From: a virus
Lineage: Duplodnaviria; Heunggongvirae; Uroviricota; Caudoviricetes
Virus record (IMG/VR): IMGVR_UViG_3300037512_000782
Span: 188,732-252,731 of that record
Length of the DNA stretch: 64,000 bases
Direction: 5' to 3' (one strand)
The first letter of the stretch is position 1, and each line of letters begins with the position of its first letter. Of the stretch, positions 28,122-37,452 are shown piece after piece. The notes beneath the pieces are model-generated. The model did no database searches. It was not told the origin of the DNA and saw only the letters and a program-made list of their open reading frames with translations. The position numbers and the translations under genes are program-made.

Positions 28122-29378
28122 ATGAAGATTGATTTGAGCAAATACCACGAATTGGAGCTGAGTGACGGCCTCGCATTGGCGAAGGCGATCACCGAGCTCG
28201 GAGACGGCAAGGCGGAAGCTTATGTCGTCGGCGGATGCGTACGTGACCTTGTTCGTCATCAGCTAGGGCAGACTAGCACGGTAGATATCCATGATGTCGA
28301 TATCGCCACGTCGCTGTCTCTCGAAGAACTGAAGGCTAACTTCCAAACGGTCAGCAACAACGGCGAAAAACACGGAACGCTGCTGGTATTCTGGAACACA
28401 CAATACTTTGAAGTGACGCACTTCCGCGTCGACGGCGACTATAGCGACGGTCGTCATCCGGACGACGTATCCTTCACGAGTTCTTTCGAAGAAGATACGG
28501 CTCGCCGTGACTTTACTATCAACGCGCTCGGCATGAACTGGGACGGCGAAATCATCGACTTCCATGGCGGCGTTGAAGATATCAAGAAGAGAACCATCCG
28601 CGCTGTCGGTAATCCTGACGAGCGTTTCAAGGAAGATGCTCTCCGCATGATTCGTGCGGTGCGCTTCGCGGTAAACTTCGATTACATTATCGATAATAAC
28701 ACGTCTAGCGCAATCAGCAAGAACGCCGAGTTGGTTGAACATGTATCGAACGAACGTATTCGTTCCGAGTTCTTGAAGCTGTCCTCTTACGACAACATGC
28801 CCGATTTTATCGACCGTTTGATCTGGGTCGGCTTGATTAAGCATATCAGAGCGTTCGTCGGCATGGACTGGTACGAAGTCAAGTGCAACCTTATTGAGTG
28901 CGATGACTTGCTGACTGCAGACAACCTATTCCCCGCTATCTGCTACACGGCTAATGACGAAAGCAACTTGGAAGCATTCGTTCCTACTCGTGAGGAACGC
29001 AAGATGTGGAACTGGCTCCGTTCTTACAAGAATGTGTACGCATGGGATCCGGATTCCAAGCTGTATTGGACTTCGCTGGTGGATTTCGTGTCTGGTCAGT
29101 TCGAGCTGCTGCTTGCGCTCAATGCTGATCTGTATTGTGATCGTGCGTGGTTGCCCAAGCTTCCAGCAGCAAGCTATCTGTTGCAGAATCCGCCCGACAT
29201 GAAGGCGATTTCTAAGAGGGTCGCCGATATGGGCATTCCTCAAGGCAAGGCTTTTGGTGAAAAGGTGAAAGAACTCACTGAAGCCGAATACGCCAAGATG
29301 GCGGCTGTATTCCCAAACACAGTCTCGCTGACGATGGGCAACAGTACGCTTGTCTATAAAATTGAATCTGTCAAATAA
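28122..29378 (+). CDS. cca: tRNA nucleotidyltransferase (CCA-adding enzyme), class II
   Basis: AYVVGGCVRDLV (GGxVRD), DVDIATS (DxD catalytic motif) and RRDFTINAL (RRD motif). Track start 28086 is TTG. ATG 28122 sits 5 nt after a TATATTTC box. Confidence 0.85.
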   Translation: MKIDLSKYHELELSDGLALAKAITELGDGKAEAYVVGGCVRDLVRHQLGQTSTVDIHDVDIATSLSLEELKANFQTVSNNGEKHGTLLVFWNTQYFEVTHFRVDGDYSDGRHPDDVSFTSSFEEDTARRDFTINALGMNWDGEIIDFHGGVEDIKKRTIRAVGNPDERFKEDALRMIRAVRFAVNFDYIIDNNTSSAISKNAELVEHVSNERIRSEFLKLSSYDNMPDFIDRLIWVGLIKHIRAFVGMDWYEVKCNLIECDDLLTADNLFPAICYTANDESNLEAFVPTREERKMWNWLRSYKNVYAWDPDSKLYWTSLVDFVSGQFELLLALNADLYCDRAWLPKLPAASYLLQNPPDMKAISKRVADMGIPQGKAFGEKVKELTEAEYAKMAAVFPNTVSLTMGNSTLVYKIESVK

Positions 29379-29399
29379 CCAACAAAAAGGAACAACACA

Positions 29400-29972
29400 A
29401 TGGGTAAAACAATCATTCTCGGCGCGGTCGGCTTTATCGTCGTCGCAATCCTCACAGTAATCGCATCCATCTTCATGGTTCAGAACTATCAGAACCGTGC
29501 AATCCAGATGGAACAGCTGGTGGAAAAGTCGCAGTCCAACCTCAACGCGGAATACAACCGCCGCGCTGGCCTTCTCGTCAACTTGGCGGAAGCCGTGATG
29601 AGCTATGACGAACACGAAGCCAAGGTTCTCGTGGAACTCTCGAAGGCTCGTACTCCAGACGGCGGCAAGGGAAACGTGAACGCTTCCGCTTACATCCAAG
29701 GTGTCGTGGAACGCTATCCGCAGCTCAGATCGATCGAGAATTACGATAGGTATATGACGGAACTTGCGATGACTGAAAATCGCATTGCGTCACATCGTAA
29801 TGATTACAATACCATGGTTGGGAACTATATCGCCTATGTGCGCGGATTCCCGGCTCGTTTCTTGCTCTCTATTCTCGGATATCAGCCGAAGAATTACGAA
29901 TACTTGCAGTTCGAAAAGGCTCCGGTAGACGCACCGACTGGCCTCTTGAAGAAGAAGGCTGATAAGGAATAG
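29400..29972 (+). CDS. LemA family membrane protein
   Basis: N-terminal TM helix, then QNYQNRAIQMEQ and EYNRRAGLLVNLAEAV, matching the LemA signature QxxRRADLIPNLV. Confidence 0.75.
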   Translation: MGKTIILGAVGFIVVAILTVIASIFMVQNYQNRAIQMEQLVEKSQSNLNAEYNRRAGLLVNLAEAVMSYDEHEAKVLVELSKARTPDGGKGNVNASAYIQGVVERYPQLRSIENYDRYMTELAMTENRIASHRNDYNTMVGNYIAYVRGFPARFLLSILGYQPKNYEYLQFEKAPVDAPTGLLKKKADKE

Positions 29973-29973
29973 C

Positions 29974-30765
29974 ATGAGCTCTCGCACACTGATCGACGGT
30001 GGCACGTGGGATCTCACTGTCCGTGAGCTGTTCTTGTCGATCGTTGGCTTACTGCTTGCCATAATCATTGGCTGCATTATCGCCAACAGCATCGCGCAAG
30101 CCGAAGACGAGTATAACGTGAAGTTCTATCACGCTATACAAGTGTCCGACTCCACCCAGTTCAATTATGCCTTCAAGACCAACGCTGGCCACATGCTGGC
30201 GTACGGCACTGTCAGCGCTGTTGGGTTCGTTACCGACAACGGTATCGGAAACTACATGTCGTTGACTAGGGACTTGGAGGAATACCGTAAGCACCATCGC
30301 ACAGTCTGTTCTGGCGAAGGGAAGCACCGTCATTGCCATACGGAAACCTACTGGACATGGGATGTCATCAAGACTGAACGGTTCCATGTCGATCAAGTGG
30401 ACTTCCTCGGCAAGCGGTTCTACTACTCTCAGTTTCCTCAGCTTCCGTCTGAACGCTATGTCGGCACAGTACCGATTCCGTCCGGCGGATTCATTGAAGG
30501 ATTGTTTAAGAACAGACAGCGGTATGTGTATCACGGCAGACGTTTAACGTACACTGGTACGATGTACACGAATGCGGTCAACCACACGATCAACGACTCC
30601 AAGTGGGCTGACGGCATTACGCTTGACAGAGCTATCGACTTCTACATCCATGAACATGGAGTATTGATTTTCTGGATTATCTTCGGTGTCATTATCGTCG
30701 TGGCCATCATCTTCTTTGTGGCGGCTCCGAACGAATGGCTTAACGGTTCAGTAAGGGACTGGTAA
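29974..30765 (+). CDS. two-pass membrane protein with ~180-aa extracytoplasmic domain
   Basis: TM helix at the N-terminus (LFLSIVGLLLAIIIGCIIA) and at the C-terminus (VLIFWIIFGVIIVVAIIFFV). 2-nt gap from the LemA gene. Confidence 0.6.
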   Translation: MSSRTLIDGGTWDLTVRELFLSIVGLLLAIIIGCIIANSIAQAEDEYNVKFYHAIQVSDSTQFNYAFKTNAGHMLAYGTVSAVGFVTDNGIGNYMSLTRDLEEYRKHHRTVCSGEGKHRHCHTETYWTWDVIKTERFHVDQVDFLGKRFYYSQFPQLPSERYVGTVPIPSGGFIEGLFKNRQRYVYHGRRLTYTGTMYTNAVNHTINDSKWADGITLDRAIDFYIHEHGVLIFWIIFGVIIVVAIIFFVAAPNEWLNGSVRDW

Positions 30766-30766
30766 T

Positions 30767-31177
30767 ATGAACGTAAAAATTGTAAATGGACTTGACGGAA
30801 ACGGATCCGTCACAATTACGGACAGCAATGGCGATGTCATGGTGTCCTTGAAGGACTGCCCGGAATTTCCGGTGTCTGGCGACATCACGATGGAATCCGA
30901 CAATGTTCTTATCGTCGGTGGCCGCCGCATCGAATGCGGTAAGCGTATCGCCGGGATCAACATCTGCGGTAACATTAAGTCCGTCCAAAATCTTCCAAAC
31001 ATTGTCGTGAACGGAAATGTCAGCAACGTCAGTACGACGTCTGGTGACGTGACTGTCCACGGCGACGTAAATGGCTCGGTGTCCGCCGTTTCTGGCGATG
31101 TCGAAGTCAGAGGTAGCGTCGCTGGCTCGGTCAGTACCGTGTCTGGCGATGTAGACGTCAGAAACAATCAACAATAA
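30767..31177 (+). CDS. beta-helical repeat protein (bactofilin/polymer-forming-like)
   Basis: Repeated (V/I)xGDVxVxGxV units: VSGDITM, VHGDVNGSVSAVSGDVEVRGSVAGSVSTVSGDVDV. Confidence 0.55.
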   Translation: MNVKIVNGLDGNGSVTITDSNGDVMVSLKDCPEFPVSGDITMESDNVLIVGGRRIECGKRIAGINICGNIKSVQNLPNIVVNGNVSNVSTTSGDVTVHGDVNGSVSAVSGDVEVRGSVAGSVSTVSGDVDVRNNQQ

Positions 31178-31189
31178 AGGAAAGTAAAC

Positions 31190-32827
31190 ATGGATATGTC
31201 CAATGTTCTTCTTTACGGCGGAATAGCAGTCGTCGTGCTGTTCCTCCTCGTACTCTTCTGTGTGTCCTACATCAAGGCCGCACCCGACGAAATCATCATC
31301 ATTTCTGGCTTCCGCAAGCGCCGTACCATCATTGGCCATGCCGGATTCAAGATTCCGTTCTTGGAACGAGCCGACAAGCTCAGCTTGAAGCTCTTCTCCA
31401 TCGACGTGAAGACCAAGGACATTCCGACCAGCGACTACATCAATGTGGGTGTGGATGCCGTCGTGAGTGTGAAGGTGTCTGATGAACCGACCCGCATCGA
31501 ATCTGCTGCACAGAACTTCTTGAACAAGAAACCTGAAGACATCGCCGAAATGATCACGGATATCCTCGAAGGTAATATGAGGGAGATCGTGGGCCAGATG
31601 GAACTCGTGAAGTTGGTCAACGACCGCAAGGGTGTGTCCGAACTTGTCCAGAAGAACGCTGACCCAGACCTCCAGCGCCTCGGCTTGGAAATCCAGACGT
31701 TCAACATCCAGAACTTCAGTGACGATAAGGGCGTAATCGACAACCTCGGCGTGGATAAGACCTCCGCTATCCGCAAGGCTGCAGCAATCTCCAAGGCCAA
31801 TGCAGAACGCGACATCAGCGTTGCTGAATCTCAGGCCAAGAAGGAAGCCAACGACGCCGCCGTGGCTGCAAACCTCGAAATCGCCCAGAAGCAGAACGAA
31901 CTCGAAGTGAAGAAAGCTGACCTCAAACGCATCGCCGACACGAAGAAGGCTGAAGCTGACGCTGCTTACGAAATCCAGAAGCAAGAACAGCAGAAGGTCA
32001 TCAACATCAAGGCCGCTGACGCCGAATGTGCTCGCCAAGAAAAGGAAGCAGAAATCCGCGAACGCATGGTCAACGTGAAGAAGAAAGAACTCGAAGCCGA
32101 ACTCGAAAAGACTGCAGAAGCAAAGCGCAACGCTCAGATCCAGAACTCCGAAGCTGACCTCTACCGTCAGAACAAGGACGCAGAAGCAAAGCTCTTTGCA
32201 AAGACTCAAGAAGCAGAAGCCATCAAGCAGATCGCTGAAGCTGAAAAGGCTCGCGCCTTCAACGAAGCTGAAGCCATCCGCGCAAGAGGTCAGGCAGAAG
32301 CTGACGCCATCAAGGCAAAGGGTCTTGCAGAAGCCGCTGCCCTCGATCAGAAGGCAGAAGCCATGCAGAAGTATGGTGAAGCCGCTCGTCAGGAAATGCA
32401 GTTGAAGGCCCTTGAAAAGTACTTCGACCAGTTGCCGAGTGTCGCAGCCGCCATCGCAAAGCCGATGGAAAGAATCGGCGGCATCACCATGTACGGCAAC
32501 GGCAACACCGCTGCTCTCACTGGCGACATCATCAAGACTTTGACCCAAGTATCCAATGGTCTCACCGAATCGCTCGGTATCAGCCTCCCCAATGTGCTTA
32601 GCTCCATGTTCGGCGCAAAGCTTGCTGGCGTAGGCAACAACAAGGCCGAAAAGGTTCCTTGCGACGTCGTGAACGAAGCACCGAAGGTTGATACAGAAAC
32701 TCCGAAGGCCGCCCCGGCTCCGAAGGCTGAAGCTCCCAAGATGACCGCTGAACAGGTCTCCAAGATCGCAGCGACCGTCAAGAAGACTCAGCAGAAGCCG
32801 TCCGAACGCAAGCTTCCGTGGGAATAA
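31190..32827 (+). CDS. flotillin-like SPFH/band-7 protein with long EA-rich coiled coil
   Basis: N-terminal TM helix, then an SPFH core (IIIISGFRKRRTIIGHAGFKIPFLERADKLSLKLFSIDV...). Followed by ~250 aa of AEAxxKAxAEA flotillin-type coiled coil. Terminator 32853-32884. Confidence 0.85.
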   Translation: MDMSNVLLYGGIAVVVLFLLVLFCVSYIKAAPDEIIIISGFRKRRTIIGHAGFKIPFLERADKLSLKLFSIDVKTKDIPTSDYINVGVDAVVSVKVSDEPTRIESAAQNFLNKKPEDIAEMITDILEGNMREIVGQMELVKLVNDRKGVSELVQKNADPDLQRLGLEIQTFNIQNFSDDKGVIDNLGVDKTSAIRKAAAISKANAERDISVAESQAKKEANDAAVAANLEIAQKQNELEVKKADLKRIADTKKAEADAAYEIQKQEQQKVINIKAADAECARQEKEAEIRERMVNVKKKELEAELEKTAEAKRNAQIQNSEADLYRQNKDAEAKLFAKTQEAEAIKQIAEAEKARAFNEAEAIRARGQAEADAIKAKGLAEAAALDQKAEAMQKYGEAARQEMQLKALEKYFDQLPSVAAAIAKPMERIGGITMYGNGNTAALTGDIIKTLTQVSNGLTESLGISLPNVLSSMFGAKLAGVGNNKAEKVPCDVVNEAPKVDTETPKAAPAPKAEAPKMTAEQVSKIAATVKKTQQKPSERKLPWE

Positions 32828-32852
32828 TATTGCTCAATTACCTCTGTTGTTC

Positions 32853-32884
32853 CAAGGCCAGCCGAAAGGCTGGCCTTTCTGTTG
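32853..32884 (+). terminator. intrinsic terminator after flotillin operon
   Basis: AGGCCAGCC-gaaa-GGCTGGCCT followed by TTCTGTTG. Confidence 0.65.
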
Positions 32885-32917
32885 ACAGCAGTGAGTGTAT
32901 TTACTATATTTTGGCCG

Positions 32918-33796
32918 ATGACTTACCCTTTACACAACGAAACCCCTATCATCAATACGGCACCGAGAAAGCTCAAGAAGGAAGCCGATATTGAGATCTA
33001 TGTCGATATCGAAGGAACCCTTATCGACAACTTATTCGATGCGAATTTTCTGAACCACAACTGCGACAATATCCGTGACTACATCCGCAAGCATGATGGC
33101 CATCACTACAAGGTTCATATCTTTACGTGGGGATGGGTTCACCGTTCCGAGATCGAGCTTGGCCTTGTCGATAACTTGTACAAGCGTCTGGAAGTCGCCA
33201 AGGAACACCGTGGCTCAATCTATGTCAAGGAAGACGCAGTCAACGCTTTGATCGACTTTTGCCCAGACATGCCGTTCGACCGCAATACCCTCATGAACCC
33301 AGGCGGATTCGGTCACTACGGTTTCTCGAAGCCTTCTATATGGAGCTTGATGATTACGTCCGAAAACAAGTTCAATGTGTTGATCGATGACACGGTGGAC
33401 TGCGAAATCGATAGTGAAAAGATAAAGTACATCAATCCGGCAAGAATGAAGGTCGTCATCCGCAACTACCTTGACAAGCCAGCATTGCTGTACAATCCAG
33501 ACGGCTGCATTGTCGGCGAAATCAAGAACGACACCGCATTCGAGGATGTGCGCAGCCAGATCGGTCTGCAGAGGCTATCCGGATATTACTTCATGTTCGA
33601 AGGACAGCGCATCAATATTGACCGTTATGGTGGTGTTGAAGACTATCCAAAAGGATTCTTTGATACTGTTATTTCAGCAGCTGGTGACTTGTTGTCGAAT
33701 GACCAAGAAGCACAAACAATTTTCAATGAAAAACTCGCCGGAATTTATCCGCAACCAATCAATCCAGAGGTGACTGATGACGAAGACGACGCATGA
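32918..33796 (+). CDS. hypothetical protein; C-terminal domain paralogous to 34289-35362
   Basis: Track start 32882 is TTG; the ATG is 32918, 5 nt after a TATATTTT box. C-terminal GxIKN...I...GYYxxxxGxRINxDxxGxxxxYPxGFxD is shared with the 34289 gene. Confidence 0.55.
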   Translation: MTYPLHNETPIINTAPRKLKKEADIEIYVDIEGTLIDNLFDANFLNHNCDNIRDYIRKHDGHHYKVHIFTWGWVHRSEIELGLVDNLYKRLEVAKEHRGSIYVKEDAVNALIDFCPDMPFDRNTLMNPGGFGHYGFSKPSIWSLMITSENKFNVLIDDTVDCEIDSEKIKYINPARMKVVIRNYLDKPALLYNPDGCIVGEIKNDTAFEDVRSQIGLQRLSGYYFMFEGQRINIDRYGGVEDYPKGFFDTVISAAGDLLSNDQEAQTIFNEKLAGIYPQPINPEVTDDEDDA

Positions 33797-34292
33797 AGAA
33801 GACGTGAACCGTCTCAAGGAAATCGAGACGACAATCGACAAGTTGTACGACGAGCAGAATCAAATCCGTGACCGCTTGTTGCTGGACGATATCAACGGAA
33901 AGCTTGGTCGTATCATGGACAAGTGGGTCGTGATTCCTGGTTGGGATCCGTGCGACGAAGCCGACGGAGATAACTATTTCCGTCTCGGAAAAGTCGTCGG
34001 TTTCAAGAAATGGGACGGCAACGACAGATACTTTCTGCAGTTCTCTAGGCTGGTCTATATGGGTCATGCAAAGAAAAATGACCAGTATGACAAGAACGCC
34101 CAGACGATCAGGTTCACAAGCAAGAAGGACATGGATAATCATTGCGTGGGCGACATCAAACGCGCCAAGGTGATTACCGCAAGGAAGGCGAGCAAGATGA
34201 TTGACGACGCTCTGGCTTCTATCACTCGCCGTCTGAAGAATGTCCAGAACGAAGCCCTCAAGGACTACGCCGACAAGGAAATGACAAAATGA
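33777..34292 (+). CDS. hypothetical protein
   Basis: 171-aa ORF overlapping its neighbours by 20 and 4 nt. Confidence 0.5.
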   Translation: MTKTTHEEDVNRLKEIETTIDKLYDEQNQIRDRLLLDDINGKLGRIMDKWVVIPGWDPCDEADGDNYFRLGKVVGFKKWDGNDRYFLQFSRLVYMGHAKKNDQYDKNAQTIRFTSKKDMDNHCVGDIKRAKVITARKASKMIDDALASITRRLKNVQNEALKDYADKEMTK

Positions 34293-35362
34293 ACACGACC
34301 GTAGCTCACTTGTTCCGTCAGTTGCGCCAGATCGCCGCAGAGCGACCGGATTGCATCAATGCGGAACTCATCGACGAAGCAGAAAAGAAAGCATTGGAGA
34401 AGTCCGTAGGCGCTCGCATCGAGGGCCCGGCACTCATGGAAGTGTGGAAGCTCGTGAAGCTCCGCATCAAGCCGCCGAAGAAGCTCATGCCGAGGATAAT
34501 GGCCGAACTGAAACATTGGAAGTGCAAGGATATCAAGGTCACGGTATCCAACCACTACTCGACCGATTACGCCGCCAAGGAAACCGACGACTATCCTCCG
34601 TACTGCTTTGCGTACAACATCGAATGCACTCGCCATGTGGGCGGAAAGTGCTTCTTCCGCGTAATGGTCATCGGCGTGTTCTCCGATATCTTGGAAGTTC
34701 TGAACAACGACCGTTACGACGTAGTCGACTACCGTCTTATCTATGGCAAAATGGAAGTGAACGGAACCGACGTTCCGGAAAACCAGTACAACTGCTATAT
34801 CAGCGACCAGTCTCGTGTCCGCGACGATATCTGTGACGCTCTGTGGAAATATCACGAAGGCATCTTGTGCTGCGCCAACGCAAACGATGAACACGCGATC
34901 ATCCGCGACTTTATTCGTAGCGAGTATAGCCACAAGACGATCGAAGAATTGAACGAGTACGATATCGTCGTACAAGTTCAAGAATATGTCAAGTCACACA
35001 CGCTGCTCGACGGATATAAGCCTACGCCAGCCGCGATCTTCAAGGTAGTCTATGACATGCGTCGCAGCAAGACCGAAAAGTCCGTGAAGAAATGGCAATT
35101 GCTTGAACAGCCATCGGTCATCATACACAACGACCTCGATCCGGAAGTACAGGCGTTCGACCCTAAAGGAAACTTCGTCGGAGTCATCAAGAACATTGCC
35201 GCCTTGTATGATTTCAAGCTGCAGATCAAGACGCTGGGTGTCCGTGGATACTACATGTACTACGGAGACAAACGAATCAACGTAGACCAGAATGGCGAAT
35301 TCGACGAATATCCACCGGGATTTTACGACTTGTTTGCCGACTGCGCCGCAAGAATTATCTAG
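34289..35362 (+). CDS. hypothetical protein; C-terminal domain paralogous to 32918-33796
   Basis: 357-aa ORF. Its C-terminal ~70 aa align with the C-terminus of the 32918 gene. Confidence 0.6.
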   Translation: MNTTVAHLFRQLRQIAAERPDCINAELIDEAEKKALEKSVGARIEGPALMEVWKLVKLRIKPPKKLMPRIMAELKHWKCKDIKVTVSNHYSTDYAAKETDDYPPYCFAYNIECTRHVGGKCFFRVMVIGVFSDILEVLNNDRYDVVDYRLIYGKMEVNGTDVPENQYNCYISDQSRVRDDICDALWKYHEGILCCANANDEHAIIRDFIRSEYSHKTIEELNEYDIVVQVQEYVKSHTLLDGYKPTPAAIFKVVYDMRRSKTEKSVKKWQLLEQPSVIIHNDLDPEVQAFDPKGNFVGVIKNIAALYDFKLQIKTLGVRGYYMYYGDKRINVDQNGEFDEYPPGFYDLFADCAARII

Positions 35363-35371
35363 GAGAATACA

Positions 35372-36439
35372 ATGTCATTACCAGCACCAATCCCACCAAC
35401 GTACGACCCTCATACATCCGACTCGGTTGTATTCACTGAATGGCATACCGAGACCAGACAGTACAAGTACATCGTCCACTATCTGAAGACGGTTCCTCAA
35501 GCCATCAAAGGCGTCCGCCGCAAGTTCCATGTCCAGCCGTATCAGGATTTCTTTATCCGTGACGAACGATTTGAATGCGATATAGCATGCGCATACATCA
35601 TCGAGGATAACGACAAGGAATTGTACCTCGCAGCCCTCATTGAGAAAGCTATCCTTCACTACGAAGGTACTGAAGAAGTGCTCCTCTCCAACTGGAATAC
35701 AAATTCCGAAGAATTGGGAGAGTACATGCGGTTTGCGCCGAATTCCATCTTCAAGCCTATGCAAGACAGCTATCCCAAGGCGAGCGCGATGCCGTTGGTG
35801 TACTTTATGCATATCGACCGCCGAATGCCGTGGTTCCATAAGGTCGATACCTTGAGCCAGTACATCCGTAACGGCATGAACATCCTCAGAAACGCGATCA
35901 CGATTAACTTGGGATACTACCATGACTTCGCAGTATCGGAGTCCTATTCGGCCCAGTTCGGCGACTACTACAACGGCTATGACCAGCATAGCGTCCCCGT
36001 CATCAACCCTTGCTGCGTCGAACATTCCAAGTTCGATCTGTTCCCTTGGCTGATCACGCTGAACCCGGCCCAGTTTGTCCTCTATACCGACATACTCGGC
36101 GACCGACCGATGATGCTCAAGTACAAGCAGTACGTACGCTACATGTTTGCGCATAACAAGTCGCAGTCGTATATCAATCTGCCTGTCTGCGTCGTTCCGA
36201 GGTTCGATATGCCGGATTATACGCCGACCAAGCCGACGTCTATCAGCAAGTACGCGCCGTACATCAAGGTTCTGTCATACGAGGCATTCGAGAAGGTCGC
36301 CACGAACGTCGAGCTCAACTCAAAGGACATGGACGAGAAGGAAATCAAGTCCGTCCTTGAGAAGATTGCCAACGACTCCAGCACGGTATTTGGCGAACCA
36401 GTCGAAATCAACAAGTTCCCAGAACACTGCCAGCTCTAA
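35372..36439 (+). CDS. hypothetical protein
   Basis: 355-aa ORF, followed by strong terminator 36450-36490. Confidence 0.6.
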   Translation: MSLPAPIPPTYDPHTSDSVVFTEWHTETRQYKYIVHYLKTVPQAIKGVRRKFHVQPYQDFFIRDERFECDIACAYIIEDNDKELYLAALIEKAILHYEGTEEVLLSNWNTNSEELGEYMRFAPNSIFKPMQDSYPKASAMPLVYFMHIDRRMPWFHKVDTLSQYIRNGMNILRNAITINLGYYHDFAVSESYSAQFGDYYNGYDQHSVPVINPCCVEHSKFDLFPWLITLNPAQFVLYTDILGDRPMMLKYKQYVRYMFAHNKSQSYINLPVCVVPRFDMPDYTPTKPTSISKYAPYIKVLSYEAFEKVATNVELNSKDMDEKEIKSVLEKIANDSSTVFGEPVEINKFPEHCQL

Positions 36440-36449
36440 AAAATCTAAC

Positions 36450-36490
36450 AAAACGTGTCAACTATGGTTGACACGTTTTTACTTTTTTGC
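36450..36490 (+). terminator. intrinsic terminator
   Basis: AACGTGTCAAC-tatg-GTTGACACGTT followed by TTTTACTTTTTTG. Confidence 0.75.
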
Positions 36491-36534
36491 TATATTTTTC
36501 AATAACTTCACATTAAACACAAAGGAAATCCACT

Positions 36535-37398
36535 ATGAAAGAACAAATTCCCGACGAACTTCTCACTCAATTCAAGGACAAGGCTAACTTGCCGAAAACT
36601 GACAACGTAATTATTACTCCGAAAAAGGCTACCGCATGGCTCAATATCACGAAGGCAAGTGGCTTCAAGAACCGCGCAATCCTTCCGCATCTGCTTGAAA
36701 AACTTTGCTCTGACTTGAAGGCTGGCAAGTGGATTCACAATGGCGAATCAATCAAGCTGGACAAGGAAGGTGTCGTTATTGACGGTCAGCATCGATTGTT
36801 GGCATGTATCAAGACTGGCATTCCGTTTATTGCGTCAGTGGCAAAGAACGTTGACCGTGACTCTTTCCCCACAATCGACTGCGGATGTTCTCGTAATTCA
36901 GCCCAAGTTCTCCGTATGGAAGGCGTGAAGTATCCGAAGACCGTCGCCGCCGTCATCAATACCATCGACCAGATCCGTACAAAGACTATATTGTCGAGAT
37001 CCAACGTTATGACGAACACCGACTCGCTTGAATTCCAGAGAGCTCACGCTGAACTTCTCGACAAGGTCATCATGACTGTCTATCCGCTTGCCAACAAGAA
37101 CAGACACCTGACTCCGCGCATGGCTGGTGCTGCATTGTACGTCCTTGTGACCGACTATGGCTATTCTTGGGACAAGGCGACCGACTTCATCTTGGGTTGC
37201 CTCTCGTCTGAGACGCATCCGAATGACATCGTCAACAAGTTCCGCAACGAACTTTACCAGAGAGCCCACACGAAAACGTCTGAAGGCATCAAGTTCTGCA
37301 ACCTTGTGCGCGTATGGAACGCTATCCAGAATGGCAGACGCTGCTGCCCGGCCTTCCGTACCGAATTCGACGAAATTCCGGAATTCGTACACGCCTAA
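36535..37398 (+). CDS. ParB/Srx-fold DGQHR-motif protein (DndB/ParB-like nuclease domain)
   Basis: VVIDGQHRLLACIKTGIPF carries the DGQHR motif. Promoter box TTGCTATATTTTTC 36487-36500 and SD-like AAAGGAAAT lie upstream. Bidirectional terminator 37422-37452. Confidence 0.55.
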   Translation: MKEQIPDELLTQFKDKANLPKTDNVIITPKKATAWLNITKASGFKNRAILPHLLEKLCSDLKAGKWIHNGESIKLDKEGVVIDGQHRLLACIKTGIPFIASVAKNVDRDSFPTIDCGCSRNSAQVLRMEGVKYPKTVAAVINTIDQIRTKTILSRSNVMTNTDSLEFQRAHAELLDKVIMTVYPLANKNRHLTPRMAGAALYVLVTDYGYSWDKATDFILGCLSSETHPNDIVNKFRNELYQRAHTKTSEGIKFCNLVRVWNAIQNGRRCCPAFRTEFDEIPEFVHA

Positions 37399-37421
37399 TA
37401 GTTTTTCTTTGCCTGAATACC

Positions 37422-37452
37422 AAAAGGAGCCGAGAAATCGGCTCCTTTTCCT
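37422..37452. terminator. bidirectional terminator at island boundary
   Basis: GGAGCCGA-gaaa-TCGGCTCC followed by TTTTCC. Ends both the ParB-like gene (+) and the island operon (-). Confidence 0.65.

Noticed and set aside
30740-32548. 602-aa minus-strand ORF across the flotillin gene
   Set aside because: Antisense to the SPFH/flotillin ORF. Its apparent periodicity merely mirrors the sense-strand coiled coil.
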